From positions 192,001 to 256,000 of the forward strand of contig CAWCFT010000001.1 in the NCBI GenBank assembly GCA_963794945.1: a stretch of DNA of 64,000 bases, read 5' to 3'. The stretch is from Endomicrobiales bacterium (GTDB lineage: Bacteria > Elusimicrobiota > Endomicrobiia > Endomicrobiales > CAWCFT01). Below are positions 1-10,853 of this stretch, piece by piece. How positions within the stretch are numbered: position 1 is the first letter of the stretch; every line of letters starts with the position of its first letter. A program made the translations under genes and the position numbers. The notes below the pieces were generated by a model. That model was not told the origin of the DNA, ran no database searches, and worked only from the letters and a program-made list of their open reading frames with translations.

Positions 1-534
1 AAGGTCTCCTACTCCGCCTCCACCCACGATACCCGCCATGCCAGAGTAGCCGATAAGGCTTATCGCGGTAACAGTAAAACCGCGTATTAAGCCAGGTAAA
101 GCCTCCACTAACAGCACTTGTGTAATTATTTGCGGTATGGAAGCCCCCATAGCTGTTGCGGCTTCAATAACTCCTTTGTCAACTTCTCTCAAAGACGCCT
201 CAGCTATCCTTGCGTAAAACACAACCGCGGCCACAAACAAAGATACTGATGCCGCCAAAGGCCCGATAGTCGTTTTAACTATCTTCTGCGTTAAAGGCAG
301 CAATATCACAAGAAGTATGACAAATGGGATCGAACGTATGATATTTACTAAAACCCCGCCTACAGCATTAAATATCTTATTTTCCAGGAAAAGCCCCTTG
401 TCCGTTACAAAAAGTAAAAGGCCCAGCGGAACACCGAGGATCAAAGCCAAGGAAAGGGAGATACCAACCATTTGAAATGTCTCCCAGAAAGCCTTACCCA
501 GGTCAGGAAGCAGGCTTAATATCTGTTTGCTCAT
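1..534 (-). CDS. metI: Methionine ABC transporter permease (truncated by window edge)
   Basis: Not in ORF track. My translation from ATG at 534: MSKQILSLLPDLGKAFWETFQMVGISL...IIRSIPFVILLV...EVDKGVIEAATAMGAS...GYSAMAGIVGGGGVGDL, with an EAA loop; follows metN. Confidence 0.93.
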   Translation of the reverse strand, partial: MSKQILSLLPDLGKAFWETFQMVGISLSLALILGVPLGLLLFVTDKGLFLENKIFNAVGGVLVNIIRSIPFVILLVILLPLTQKIVKTTIGPLAASVSLFVAAVVFYARIAEASLREVDKGVIEAATAMGASIPQIITQVLLVEALPGLIRGFTVTAISLIGYSGMAGIVGGGGVGDL

Positions 535-1534
535 AAATAACCTCCGTGCTGGCTGTGTTCTCTTTTAAGTGTTTAACTAACTTTGTGACTTCTGAATTCT
601 CTCCCTTAAGATTAACAAGAAGAATACCTATAGGATGACCGTTTATATATTCTATCCGTCCGTGCAATATATTTATATCGACTGGGAACGTACGAATAGC
701 GTTTGAAATGACAGGATTAAGCGCCGAAGGCCCGCGGTAAAGTACTTTTACAAGGCTTCCTTTGACAGCGCCTAGTATCCCATCAGGTATTTCAAGATTT
801 AGTGAATTTCTGACCAACTGTTTTGTTATCTCATGCTGCGGATTCGAGAATATACTGTAGACATCATTTAACTCCACAACTTCTCCTCCTCTCATTACAG
901 CCACCCGGCTGCATATACTTTTTATCACATCCATCTCATGAGAGATCAGAAGAACCGTTATTCCATACCTTCGATTAATATCGCGTAGAAGCTCCAAGAT
1001 CGATCTTGTTGTCTCAAGGTCTAAAGCCGATGTAGGCTCATCGCAAAGAAGAAGATGCGGGTCGTTGGCAAGCGCACGCGCTATTCCAACGCGCTGTTTC
1101 TGCCCTCCGGAAAGCTGGCCAGGATACGCGTGGGCCTTGTCTGACAAAGCGACTATTTCAAGCAGTTCCGGGACTTTTTTTGATATTTCCTTCGCGCTTT
1201 TACCGGATATTTTCATGGGAAAAGCAATATTATCGTAAACCGTTTTCGTATGTACCAGGTTATAATGCTGGAATATCATGCCAATCTTCTGCCGCGCTCC
1301 TCTTAAAGACTTTTTGTCAAGAGAAGTTATATCGATCCCTTCAACATTCACCTTTCCGCTGCCCGGCTTTTCAAGCAGGTTTACCGTGCGCAGGAGAGTG
1401 CTTTTGCCGGCGCCGCTTGTGCCGACTATGCCGAATATTTCACCCTTATTAACATCGAAAGAAACATTTCTTACGGCATGAACCTCGGCATCTTTTGTAT
1501 TGAAAGTGATAGATACATTCTCAAATTTGATCAT
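503..1534 (-). CDS. metN: Methionine ABC transporter ATP-binding protein
   Basis: Walker A GTSGAGKS, LSGGQKQR signature, CDEPTSALD, C-terminal NIL-like domain. Confidence 0.95.
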   Translation of the reverse strand: MIKFENVSITFNTKDAEVHAVRNVSFDVNKGEIFGIVGTSGAGKSTLLRTVNLLEKPGSGKVNVEGIDITSLDKKSLRGARQKIGMIFQHYNLVHTKTVYDNIAFPMKISGKSAKEISKKVPELLEIVALSDKAHAYPGQLSGGQKQRVGIARALANDPHLLLCDEPTSALDLETTRSILELLRDINRRYGITVLLISHEMDVIKSICSRVAVMRGGEVVELNDVYSIFSNPQHEITKQLVRNSLNLEIPDGILGAVKGSLVKVLYRGPSALNPVISNAIRTFPVDINILHGRIEYINGHPIGILLVNLKGENSEVTKLVKHLKENTASTEVIYEQTDIKPAS

Positions 1535-1553
1535 ATGTCCTTGTACACTGCGT

Positions 1554-1589
1554 GCTGCAGGGAGGCAGGGTAATATACCTCCCTGCAGC
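1554..1589. repeat. Intercistronic 12-bp hairpin between metQ and metN
   Basis: gctgcagggagg (1554-1565) / cctccctgcagc (1578-1589); no U-tract after it on the coding strand, so more likely mRNA-stabilising than terminating. Confidence 0.6.
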
Positions 1590-1605
1590 TTACGTTGTGC
1601 CTTTT

Positions 1606-2427
1606 TTATTTACCGTGTTTATCTTTAAGCCATTGAGGTATGGCAAAATCCTTGAAAACGTTTTTTGGGTCATAAATAACGTTTTCAAATTCCTTTGACT
1701 CAATCGCTTTCTTGATATCCTTTGTGAACTTGCTATCCAGGTCTTCGGTACGCACTGCGATGACAATAAGATACTTCTCTTCCAATGTCTCCCTTGCTAT
1801 GGCCGTCGGATATATTCCGGCGGAAATCGCGTAATTGCCGTTTACAACCGCGAAATCCACACTGTCAACCGTCCTGGGTATTTGGGCGGCTTCAACAGGC
1901 TGTATTTTCAGGTTTTTCGGATTTCCGACAACGTCCTTCTCAGATGCCTTTGTCGCATCAATAGATGGATTGATCGTTATTAATCCCAATGCCTGAAGAT
2001 ACCTCAAAGCCCTTGCAAGGTTCGAAGGGTCATTTGCGATAGTCACAGTAGAACCATCCGTAATTTCAGCGATTGACTTGAATTTCTTCGAGTAAATACC
2101 AAGCGCCGCCGTTGGTATTGATATCACGGGAGATATTTTAAGCTTCCTGTCTGCCGCGAATTTATCAAGATACACCTTGTGCTGGAAGGCATTTACATCA
2201 ATTGATTTATTGTCAAGCGCAATATTTGGCTGGACATAGTCGCTGAACTCTTTGACCTCAACTTTATACCCTTTCTTTTCAAGAGCCGGTATAACGCCGA
2301 GTTTTACAATATCACCGTATGGCCCGGGAGCTACGCCGAATACTATTTCTTTCTTTGGTTCGGCGAAGGCTCCCGATATGAATACTACCGTTGACAATAA
2401 TAACGCTGTCAGTATTTTAATCTTCAT
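1606..2427 (-). CDS. metQ: MetQ/NlpA family methionine-binding protein
   Basis: EFSDYVQPN, DVNAFQH, IANDPSNLARAL, VVNGNYA motifs; signal peptide. Confidence 0.93.
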   Translation of the reverse strand: MKIKILTALLLSTVVFISGAFAEPKKEIVFGVAPGPYGDIVKLGVIPALEKKGYKVEVKEFSDYVQPNIALDNKSIDVNAFQHKVYLDKFAADRKLKISPVISIPTAALGIYSKKFKSIAEITDGSTVTIANDPSNLARALRYLQALGLITINPSIDATKASEKDVVGNPKNLKIQPVEAAQIPRTVDSVDFAVVNGNYAISAGIYPTAIARETLEEKYLIVIAVRTEDLDSKFTKDIKKAIESKEFENVIYDPKNVFKDFAIPQWLKDKHGK

Positions 2428-2455
2428 TTAGTACTCTCCTTTTAATCAATTTAGG

Positions 2456-3619
2456 TTAAAACTTATATATCACCGAAGCCTGGTAAATCTCGCCGTTCGA
2501 GGTTATTGAACCCTTGTATCCTGTGCTTGTGCTTGAATACTCAAAAGCTACAGTCGCGGCTGAGGTCAACTTATAGAACAATGATCCAAATGCCCTTCTG
2601 TTAAATGTCCTTCCGCCGGCGTTCAGGTTATCGCTGTTGGGATCATCCTCTCCATACCCGAAGTTTACATTAACTGCAGGCGTTATATTAGTAACAACCT
2701 GGCCCCATCCTCCTTTAGCTTCTATTGACTGTTTAAGGGTTGTATTAACACCCTGGTAAACACCTCCGTAAAATGCCGCCAAATCAGCTCCCTGCCAAAC
2801 CGTTCCTTGAAGGGAAACTATATTCGTAACGGGAAGTATGATACCGCCTATGAGAGACCGCGTATCGTAGTCTTGAAGGACTGGATTTGCGGCGGTAATG
2901 ATATTTGATTCAGTACCTGAATGCCCCGAAACACTTAGTCTTGCCGGTTTGCTGGTCCATAATTTCGCATCAGCAAACAAAGCTCCTTCTAATGTAGGTT
3001 GTCCGGAATCCGTGCCGCCATCCTGAACTCCGCCGGCATCAATTACCTGGCCTATTGTGCGGCCGGCTAACCTTCCGGTGACTGTAACACCACCTTCTTT
3101 GACGACTTGTGTTACGCGGACCTGAGGCCTACGGTTGTAAAGATTGCCGGTTGAACCTAAAAACGCGCCGTCAACCGTTATTGGGTTTACAGTGACGAAC
3201 GCGTCCCAATCCTGGCCGGCGCGGAGTGAAAACCCGCTGGGGTTTGCAAAATCCACATAAGCCAGCCGTATACGCGGCGCGACTGCATTTTCATTAGTTC
3301 CTCCAAAAGCAGATGTGTAAAAATCCAGTTCTAATTTTCCTGTCGTTTTCCAGTCATCACTTGACGGCCCGCTAAGATCAATGCCAAACCTTGATTCCCT
3401 TGCCGTAATATCCAGTGAACCCTGCGTTTGGCCGGCAACTGTGGGTAAATTATAGAAATTCAGGTCTCCGACAAATGTACGCTGGGTAGCCTCGATAACA
3501 TCCAGTTTTACATAACCATACAGCTTAGCCGTGACCGGTGCGGCATCTTCAGCAAAAACTGCATAAGGTACTGCTAAAAGCGCAACAAGCGTAGTTACTT
3601 TTACAATAATCTTCTTCAT
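2456..3619 (-). CDS. Outer-membrane porin (DcaP-like)
   Basis: Signal peptide, LYGYVKLD, ARESRFG, GKLELDF, RIRLAY, AGQDW; C-terminal YKF. Confidence 0.75.
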   Translation of the reverse strand: MKKIIVKVTTLVALLAVPYAVFAEDAAPVTAKLYGYVKLDVIEATQRTFVGDLNFYNLPTVAGQTQGSLDITARESRFGIDLSGPSSDDWKTTGKLELDFYTSAFGGTNENAVAPRIRLAYVDFANPSGFSLRAGQDWDAFVTVNPITVDGAFLGSTGNLYNRRPQVRVTQVVKEGGVTVTGRLAGRTIGQVIDAGGVQDGGTDSGQPTLEGALFADAKLWTSKPARLSVSGHSGTESNIITAANPVLQDYDTRSLIGGIILPVTNIVSLQGTVWQGADLAAFYGGVYQGVNTTLKQSIEAKGGWGQVVTNITPAVNVNFGYGEDDPNSDNLNAGGRTFNRRAFGSLFYKLTSAATVAFEYSSTSTGYKGSITSNGEIYQASVIYKF

Positions 3620-3754
3620 TTTTCTAACTCCTTAATTTATATTTTGCCAGTTGTTCGGATATATATTTTTAATAACTGCGGTTATCCGCCAGTTTACACG
3701 TCATCCATTTATAGGCATCACCTCCGGTGATAGATTTGCGAAGTATTTAACAAC

Positions 3755-3823
3755 AAAAAACCAGCCAACTGTAAATGTAAATCAAGGTTTTCCTGCCCTT
3801 GACACATCTTCCAGTTGGCTGGT
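3755..3823 (-). terminator. Long hairpin plus U-tract between yezD and the porin/metQNI genes (candidate attenuator)
   Basis: ccagccaactg 3761-3771 pairs with cagttggctgg 3812-3822; inner tcaagg/ccttga; followed on the minus strand by TTTTTT. Confidence 0.7.
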
Positions 3824-3900
3824 CAGATTATCGTTTGGTCTGCTTTAGTCTTTGATCTTAATTATTTTTCTGCGGTTATCCGCTTTATTGGACGTTTACT

Positions 3901-4086
3901 TTATATACCTTCTCCTACTCCTATAATTTCGCGGTCAAACCGTGTTTTTTCGATCCGATCGATCTGCACAATTTTTAAATTATGCACGGTAACCGTCACC
4001 GATCCATACCGCAGCCCTTTTAACGCTTCAATAATTTTTTTGATCGTTATTTCATCGACAGTGTTCTGAGTTTTATTAGTGCTCAT
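3901..4086 (-). CDS. YezD/DUF2292 family small protein (OscA-like), 61 aa
   Basis: IIEALKGLRYGSVTVTVHNLKIVQIDRIEKTRF pattern; RBS aaggag before ATG at 4086; sulfur operon context. Confidence 0.88.
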   Translation of the reverse strand: MSTNKTQNTVDEITIKKIIEALKGLRYGSVTVTVHNLKIVQIDRIEKTRFDREIIGVGEGI

Positions 4087-4145
4087 TGTTTTCTCCTTGT
4101 TAATTAGCCGAATAAACGGCACCCATTACCATACTTCTCTACGCT

Positions 4146-4190
4146 TTAACAAGATAACCCATGAACACAACACATTCGTAATATTCTCAT
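4146..4190 (-). CDS. Candidate leader peptide MRILRMCCVHGLSC
   Basis: ATG at 4190, TAA at 4146; 2 Met and 3 Cys in 14 aa; purine-rich upstream sequence; lies between cysK and yezD. Confidence 0.45.
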   Translation of the reverse strand: MRILRMCCVHGLSC

Positions 4191-4224
4191 AACACTCGCC
4201 TTTTCATCTCCATTAGTTCTGATA

Positions 4225-5157
4225 TTATATCTGTTCCTGGAAAAGCCAGGTTGATAGGTACCTCTCGCCAGTATCGGGAAGAAGTACGACGATGGTCTTA
4301 CCTTTATTCTCCGGCCTTTTTGCGACTTCAAGTGCCGCCCAAAAAGCCGCGCCGCTCGAAATGCCGACAAGTATTCCTTCTTCTTTGGCAAGTTTTCTGG
4401 AGGTCGACCCTGCGTCTTCATTGGCGACCTGTATTATCTCATCAACGATCTTGGAGTTAAACACTCCAGGCACGAAGCCCGCTCCAATGCCCTGTATCTT
4501 GTGAGGGCCGGGTTTTCCTCCTGAGAGCACCGGCGAATCCTTGGGCTCTACGGCGATTATCTTAACACGGGGATTGCGCTTCTTCAGTACTTCCCCGACA
4601 CCGGTTATCGTCCCGCCGGTTCCAACGCCGCCGATGAATATATCGACTTTGCCGTCGGTATCGTTCCATATCTCTTCGGCCGTCGTTTTGCGGTGTATCT
4701 CCGGGTTAGCCGGGTTGTTGAACTGCTGAGGGATAAAACTGTTGGGCGTGGTTTTCGCGAGTTCTTCCGCCTTTGCCACGGCTCCGCTCATCCCCTTGGC
4801 GCCTTCGGTCAGGACTAGTTCGGCTCCGAGTATTTTCAGGAGCTGCCGGCGCTCAATGCTCATGGTCTCAGGCATGGTCAAGATCAGCTTGTAACCTTTA
4901 GCGGCGGCAACGAACGCGAGCGCGATGCCGGTATTGCCGCTGGTCGGCTCAATTATAACCGAATCATTTTTAAGCACGCCTCTCTTTTCAGCATCTTCGA
5001 TAAGAGCCACGCCGAGCCTGTCCTTGACGCTTGAAAGCGGGTTGAACGATTCAAGCTTCGCAAGAATCACCGCTCCAACCCCCTTCGTTAACTTGTTTAT
5101 TTGGACAAGCGGTGTATTGCCGATCGTCTTTGTTATATCTTTATAGATTTTTGACAT
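4225..5157 (-). CDS. cysK: Cysteine synthase A (O-acetylserine sulfhydrylase)
   Basis: SVKDR PLP lysine, [30 protein letters not shown]. Confidence 0.97.
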   Translation of the reverse strand: MSKIYKDITKTIGNTPLVQINKLTKGVGAVILAKLESFNPLSSVKDRLGVALIEDAEKRGVLKNDSVIIEPTSGNTGIALAFVAAAKGYKLILTMPETMSIERRQLLKILGAELVLTEGAKGMSGAVAKAEELAKTTPNSFIPQQFNNPANPEIHRKTTAEEIWNDTDGKVDIFIGGVGTGGTITGVGEVLKKRNPRVKIIAVEPKDSPVLSGGKPGPHKIQGIGAGFVPGVFNSKIVDEIIQVANEDAGSTSRKLAKEEGILVGISSGAAFWAALEVAKRPENKGKTIVVLLPDTGERYLSTWLFQEQI

Positions 5158-5204
5158 TTTATTGACTCCTTTACATTTTCTTTGGCTTTACTTGCCAGCC
5201 ATGA

Positions 5205-6535
<1,331 letters not shown>

Positions 6536-6597
6536 TCACTGTCAGCAAATAATTTACATCATTTTATTATTTATACTGGTTGAGCTGCTTGGTGGAT

Positions 6598-6627
6598 TCA
6601 ACATCGCATTCGTTTAAAATTATTCAT
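6598..6627 (-). CDS. Candidate leader peptide MNNFKRMRC
   Basis: GGAG RBS 6 nt before ATG at 6627; TGA at 6598-6600; sits upstream of metY. Confidence 0.5.
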   Translation of the reverse strand: MNNFKRMRC

Positions 6628-6644
6628 TTTCTTCTCCGTTTAAG

Positions 6645-6929
6645 TCAAATTCCCGACCCGTTCGTAAAATAACTCGACAGCTTACCAATAACTTCTTTTG
6701 CGTCCGCACCTTCCGCTTTAATGGTTAAGGAATCACCATTTGCGGCCGTCAGCATCAAAATGCTGAGTATCGAACACCCATCGGCCTCGGGGCAGTCCCC
6801 GCATGTTAAAGATACTTTTGACTTGTGTTTTTGGCATATCTGCACAACCTGCGAAGCTACCCGCAGGTGCAGGCCTTCAGGCTTGTCTATTTTAACCGTT
6901 TTTGTTTCGACTGTTGATGTATTATTCAT
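6645..6929 (-). CDS. HPr family phosphocarrier protein, Cys-rich, with C-terminal GSGI tail
   Basis: GLHLR (His15 equivalent), SILSILML (Ser46 equivalent), LTIKAEGADA. Start placed at ATG 6929 because the longer ORF overlaps the promoter. Confidence 0.88.
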   Translation of the reverse strand: MNNTSTVETKTVKIDKPEGLHLRVASQVVQICQKHKSKVSLTCGDCPEADGCSILSILMLTAANGDSLTIKAEGADAKEVIGKLSSYFTNGSGI

Positions 6930-6967
6930 TTTAGTTTTTCTCTCTTTTTCGGAGTCGACACCTTGTT

Positions 6968-7016
6968 TGTCTATTATGTTTATAGACATTATAGTATAAC
7001 AATATTTTGTTGTCAA
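6968..7016 (-). promoter_or_regulatory. Consensus sigma70 promoter with overlapping palindromic operator
   Basis: TTGACA (7016-7011), 17 nt, TATAAT (6993-6988); TGTCTAT-N7-ATAGACA at 6968-6988. Confidence 0.85.
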
Positions 7017-7204
7017 GTGTTTTCATTAAATATTTGAAAATATTTTTTCTGTGTTTGGACCAATGTTTTATCGTAGGTAAATAAAAATATACTTTAAGTG
7101 CGGCCGTTTTTACAAAAATATATTTATTTTTCAAACACTGGAAATACCGCGTAATATTTTGTATTATTATGCCTGTTGGATATCATTCAAAAGGAGCGTT
7201 AACA

Positions 7205-7801
7205 ATGAGAAGATTTTCAGTTCTTTTGTGCGCCTGCGTCATTCTTTCGTGTTTCACAAATTACAGCTTCGCGTATGATCTCTTTGGAAAACCTCCCGCG
7301 GGCACAGTTTCAATTATAGATTACGGCGTTCACGGAATGAAGCTCGGCCTGTTCGGAGGTGTTTGCGCCGGATACGTAAGGTACGAGAATGAAAACGACA
7401 AAGGCGGAGCGATAGCCTTAAGCGGCGCCTATGGCGTCCTTCTAGGAGCCGGCCTCGGGATCGTCCTTGGCGGCGTGGACGCGTCCAATGGGTCAATGGG
7501 TATCGGCGCGCTGATAATAAGAGATATGGACATGGGTGGCAATTTGGGCGCGCTTCTGGGAACCATATTGGGCGGGATCAAAGCTTTAAATAACAACGAT
7601 TCAAGATGGGTGGGAGACGGCACAGCCTGGGGATACCTGGGGGGCGCGGTACTTGGCGCCGGCCTCGCTTTCATTGAAGAGCCTAGATCATCTTCTTCCG
7701 CTAAAGCCGACACGAACAACGGCGTTGTCCCATCTGTAGTGTTCCTACAGGACTCGAGGCGCAACACTTACCCGGCCCTGGCAGCGACATATAATTTCTA
7801 A
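7205..7801 (+). CDS. Exported/membrane glycine-rich hypothetical protein
   Basis: aaggag RBS, signal peptide, repeated GxxxG hydrophobic segments, C-terminal YNF. Confidence 0.7.
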   Translation: MRRFSVLLCACVILSCFTNYSFAYDLFGKPPAGTVSIIDYGVHGMKLGLFGGVCAGYVRYENENDKGGAIALSGAYGVLLGAGLGIVLGGVDASNGSMGIGALIIRDMDMGGNLGALLGTILGGIKALNNNDSRWVGDGTAWGYLGGAVLGAGLAFIEEPRSSSSAKADTNNGVVPSVVFLQDSRRNTYPALAATYNF

Positions 7802-7815
7802 GAACTGTAAACTAT

Positions 7816-7866
7816 AAAAACACGGGTGTTCACATATATAATATATGTGTGCGCCCGTGTTTTTTT
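7816..7866. terminator. Bidirectional intrinsic terminator
   Basis: aaaaacacggg...cacatatat/atatatgtg...cccgtgtttttt between convergent genes. Confidence 0.8.
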
Positions 7867-7870
7867 GTTA

Positions 7871-10783
7871 TCAATATATAACAAATGCCGACCAGTAGAA
7901 CGGGTGTTCCCAGCCGTCGCGCCTCATTTTGTCTTTCGCGGCCTTCAGCGCCAGTTTCGGCTCCATTCCGCCCTTAAGGTTCTTAAGCATCTCGGTGGTC
8001 AGCACAACGGTCGCGTCTTCGTTGACCAACCACAGGCTCATAACTGTGTTTCCGCACCCCGCGAACTGGAACGCCCGCCCGAGGCCCATCACGCCTTCCC
8101 CGCTCACGCTCTCGCCTATGCCTGTCCTACAGGCAAGCAGAAGCGCCAGTTTTGCCGGTATCTTCATGCCCATTATCTCGCTCATGGTGAGAAAACCGTC
8201 ATAGGGAGGCTTGTTGCCCACTTGGCTTAGCACAAGCGCGGGCTCTCTTATCCACGGCACGGTGTTGTCGAGAATCCCGTGCGTCGCGAATATAATGTAG
8301 CTAAACCCCGTGAGGTTCATCTGCGATATTTTTTCTTGGGACGCGTCCAGCCCGCTCAGGGCTGTAGTATTATCTCCGCCAAAAAGCGCGCACGCTGTAT
8401 CGTTGAGCGCCGCAGGTTTTTTCCAGCCTCGGGAACATTTCCTCCGGGCTGACAACTTTCATGCCGCCCTTATCCTTTGTGCCGGAAACCCCCATTGCAC
8501 CCCATTCCATAAGAGCTCCCATCTTTTTGAGGCCCATATCACTTTCAGCGTCTTTTACCTGCTGCGACAGGCCGCCTTGCCAGCCCTGGGATCGGAACTG
8601 GAAAACACCGGGTCGCACACGAGCAGAACGGAATCTTTGCCTCCGCTAGATGAACGCCTCGCCTGCCGCATAGCAAGCGTCGTCGCGGACTGCGCGTAGC
8701 TTATAATGTATTTATCCGCGAGGTATTTCACGCCCAGCGGGAACGGGCCGCGCGGCCCTTCACCCATTTTTTTGCCCGAACCCGTTTCAACGGTAAGCGA
8801 TTCTATGGGTATGGTCCCCAGGAACTCATCCGGCACTATTATAAGTTCTGCTCCGTCAGGAACATTCTTCAGGGCGCCTGAGAGCAAAATATCATAAAGC
8901 CTGTTGGAGAGCTTCACGTTGAAATCGGCGAGGTTGTTATAATTCTTCATGTTCTCGAACGAGTCGCGATACTCCCCCACAAGTTTCCTCAGCTCGTCCC
9001 TGGTTATATTTATCTCCCTCATCTTAAGCGACTTCTTGTACAGCGTGAACACGTACGTCTTGTCCCCGCATACTTCGAACTCAACCAGCGCCTCGTTCGG
9101 CTGAAGCTTTATCTCCTGCGGCTTTACCGGCTGGGGATAGACAAGCGAGGCGTATTCCGGGAATCTCCCCCTCAAGTCGCTTACAAAATCCGCCCTCGAC
9201 GACAGCGTGCTCTTTAGCTGTTCCTCAAGCGCCTTGCATATCTCGATTTCGTTAGAGGCCACCGCGGACTTCATAACTTTTCTTATGGCGTGCAGTTCTA
9301 TCGCGATTTTTATCTCGTGTGTACGGTACTCGCCGGGGATAGAAGCGTTTATGTTGTCCGCCTTGGACGCCAGGGCCTCGGAAAGTATCCTCGCCTTCTG
9401 GCTCTCGGAGAACGTGAAAGCCTCATCCTTATCGCCGGTATCGTAAAGCAGCTCAATAATGCCTTCATACGGCTCGGTGCGGTAGAAACCGTTAACACTG
9501 TCGGCGAAGAATCTGAGCCTCTCCTGCTCGCTCAGTGTTTCCCTCTGTTCCTCGTTGTACATTATGGCCTTTTCGAAGCTCTCCCTCGCATCGGCGTAAT
9601 CTTTCACGCTCCTGCCGTAATAGGCCCAACCCTTGCCGCAGTAAACTGCGAAGAGGAACATGGGGTCCCTCGAGCCCGCGTTAACCTTCAGGGCCGAATC
9701 GAAATAATTGAGCGCGGTGGAAAAGTTCTTCCGTGCGAGCTCAAGCCGCCCCAACCGCACGGGGTCGCCAAGCTTCTCGTATATCTTCTGGGCGTCGCCG
9801 TATTTCGCGAGGTCAAAATAAGCGTCGCCTATCTTCGCTTCTATCTGGTCCGGCGGCGCGCCCATCTCCGAAAGCATTTTGTAGGCTTTCTGGTATTCGG
9901 CCAGCGCGCTCTCGTATTTTTTCTGCCGCTCGAACACAGAGCCTATGTTCATCACCGCGTCGGCTATGCCCTTTTTCTCTTTGAGTTCGGTTTTAATTTT
10001 GAGGCAGCTGTCTAAGTAGCGCAGCGCCCCGCCATAGTCGCCGAGGTTGGAGTAAGCCGAGCCGAGGTTAAGGTAAACGTCGCTGGTGCCCGCCTTGTCG
10101 CAAAGCTCATCGTATTTTTTTAAGGCATCCTCGTAGTTCTTAAGGGCCATGTGGTAGTCGCCCATCCTGCTGTAGGCAATGCCCAGGTTTACAAGCATGT
10201 TCGCCGCGGCGGCCTTGTCTTTTATTTCACCGGCCGTCTTTATCGACTCCTTGAAATACGCGACAGCCTTCATGTGGTCGCCGAGCTTGTCGTAAATTAT
10301 GCCGAGGTTGCCGACGTTGTTGATTATGCCTTTTTGGTCGCTTGTCTTGCGGAATATAGCGAGGGCCGAGCGGTAGGAGTCGGCGGCCCTTTCCAGGTTT
10401 CCCGTAAGGTCGTATATCCCGCCGAGGTCAGTGTAGATCATGGCTTCGTTCTTTTCATCTTTCTGGTCTTTGGCGAGCTTCAACGCGCTTTGGTAGAGGA
10501 ACAGCACCTTCTGGTAGTTGCCAAGCTCCTTATAGATAACCCCGAGGTTGGCCTCGAACACGTAGAAATATTTAATGTCCTTCTTTTGTGTAGAGAGCTC
10601 CAGCCCGCGCTCGAACTTCTCCGCCGCGCCGGTAAAATCGGATTTGTTGTAAAGCGCCATGCCCTGGTCGTAGCACTGCTGTATCTGGGGATCGGTGCCG
10701 GCAGGTGAAACACCCGCAAAGGCAAGAAGGGCTAACAAGGTAAGGAATAGGACATTGAAGGTTATTCCGTGTTTAATTGCCAT
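7871..10783 (-). CDS. Exported TPR + CHAT (caspase-like) domain protein with two compensating frameshifts (about 8583 and 8416)
   Basis: Signal peptide, TPR repeats (NLG..Y..LG), LIIVPDEFL, FPRL in the middle frame, catalytic FATHG and LACRTG, HPFYWSAF end. Confidence 0.85.
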
Positions 10784-10853
10784 CGGGCGTGCCTTTGGAG
10801 CCGGCGGCCTGGAAAGCCCTGCCGCTATACTTTAAACTATACTCTGCGTAGAT

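Noticed and set aside
3669..3704. Third leader ORF MTCKLADNRSY
   Set aside because: The GGAGGT is about 15 nt away and sequestered in a hairpin; support is weak.
3620..3900. SAM (S-box) or T-box riboswitch upstream of metQNI
   Set aside because: I could not find the conserved cores by eye; an Rfam scan would be decisive.
6571..6627. Selenocysteine read-through of the leader ORF's TGA
   Set aside because: No recognisable bacterial SECIS and no supporting context.
9290..10708. Long plus-strand ORFs opposite the TPR-CHAT gene (and similar ones opposite mvhG and nfnB)
   Set aside because: Antisense shadows of well-supported genes, with no motifs.
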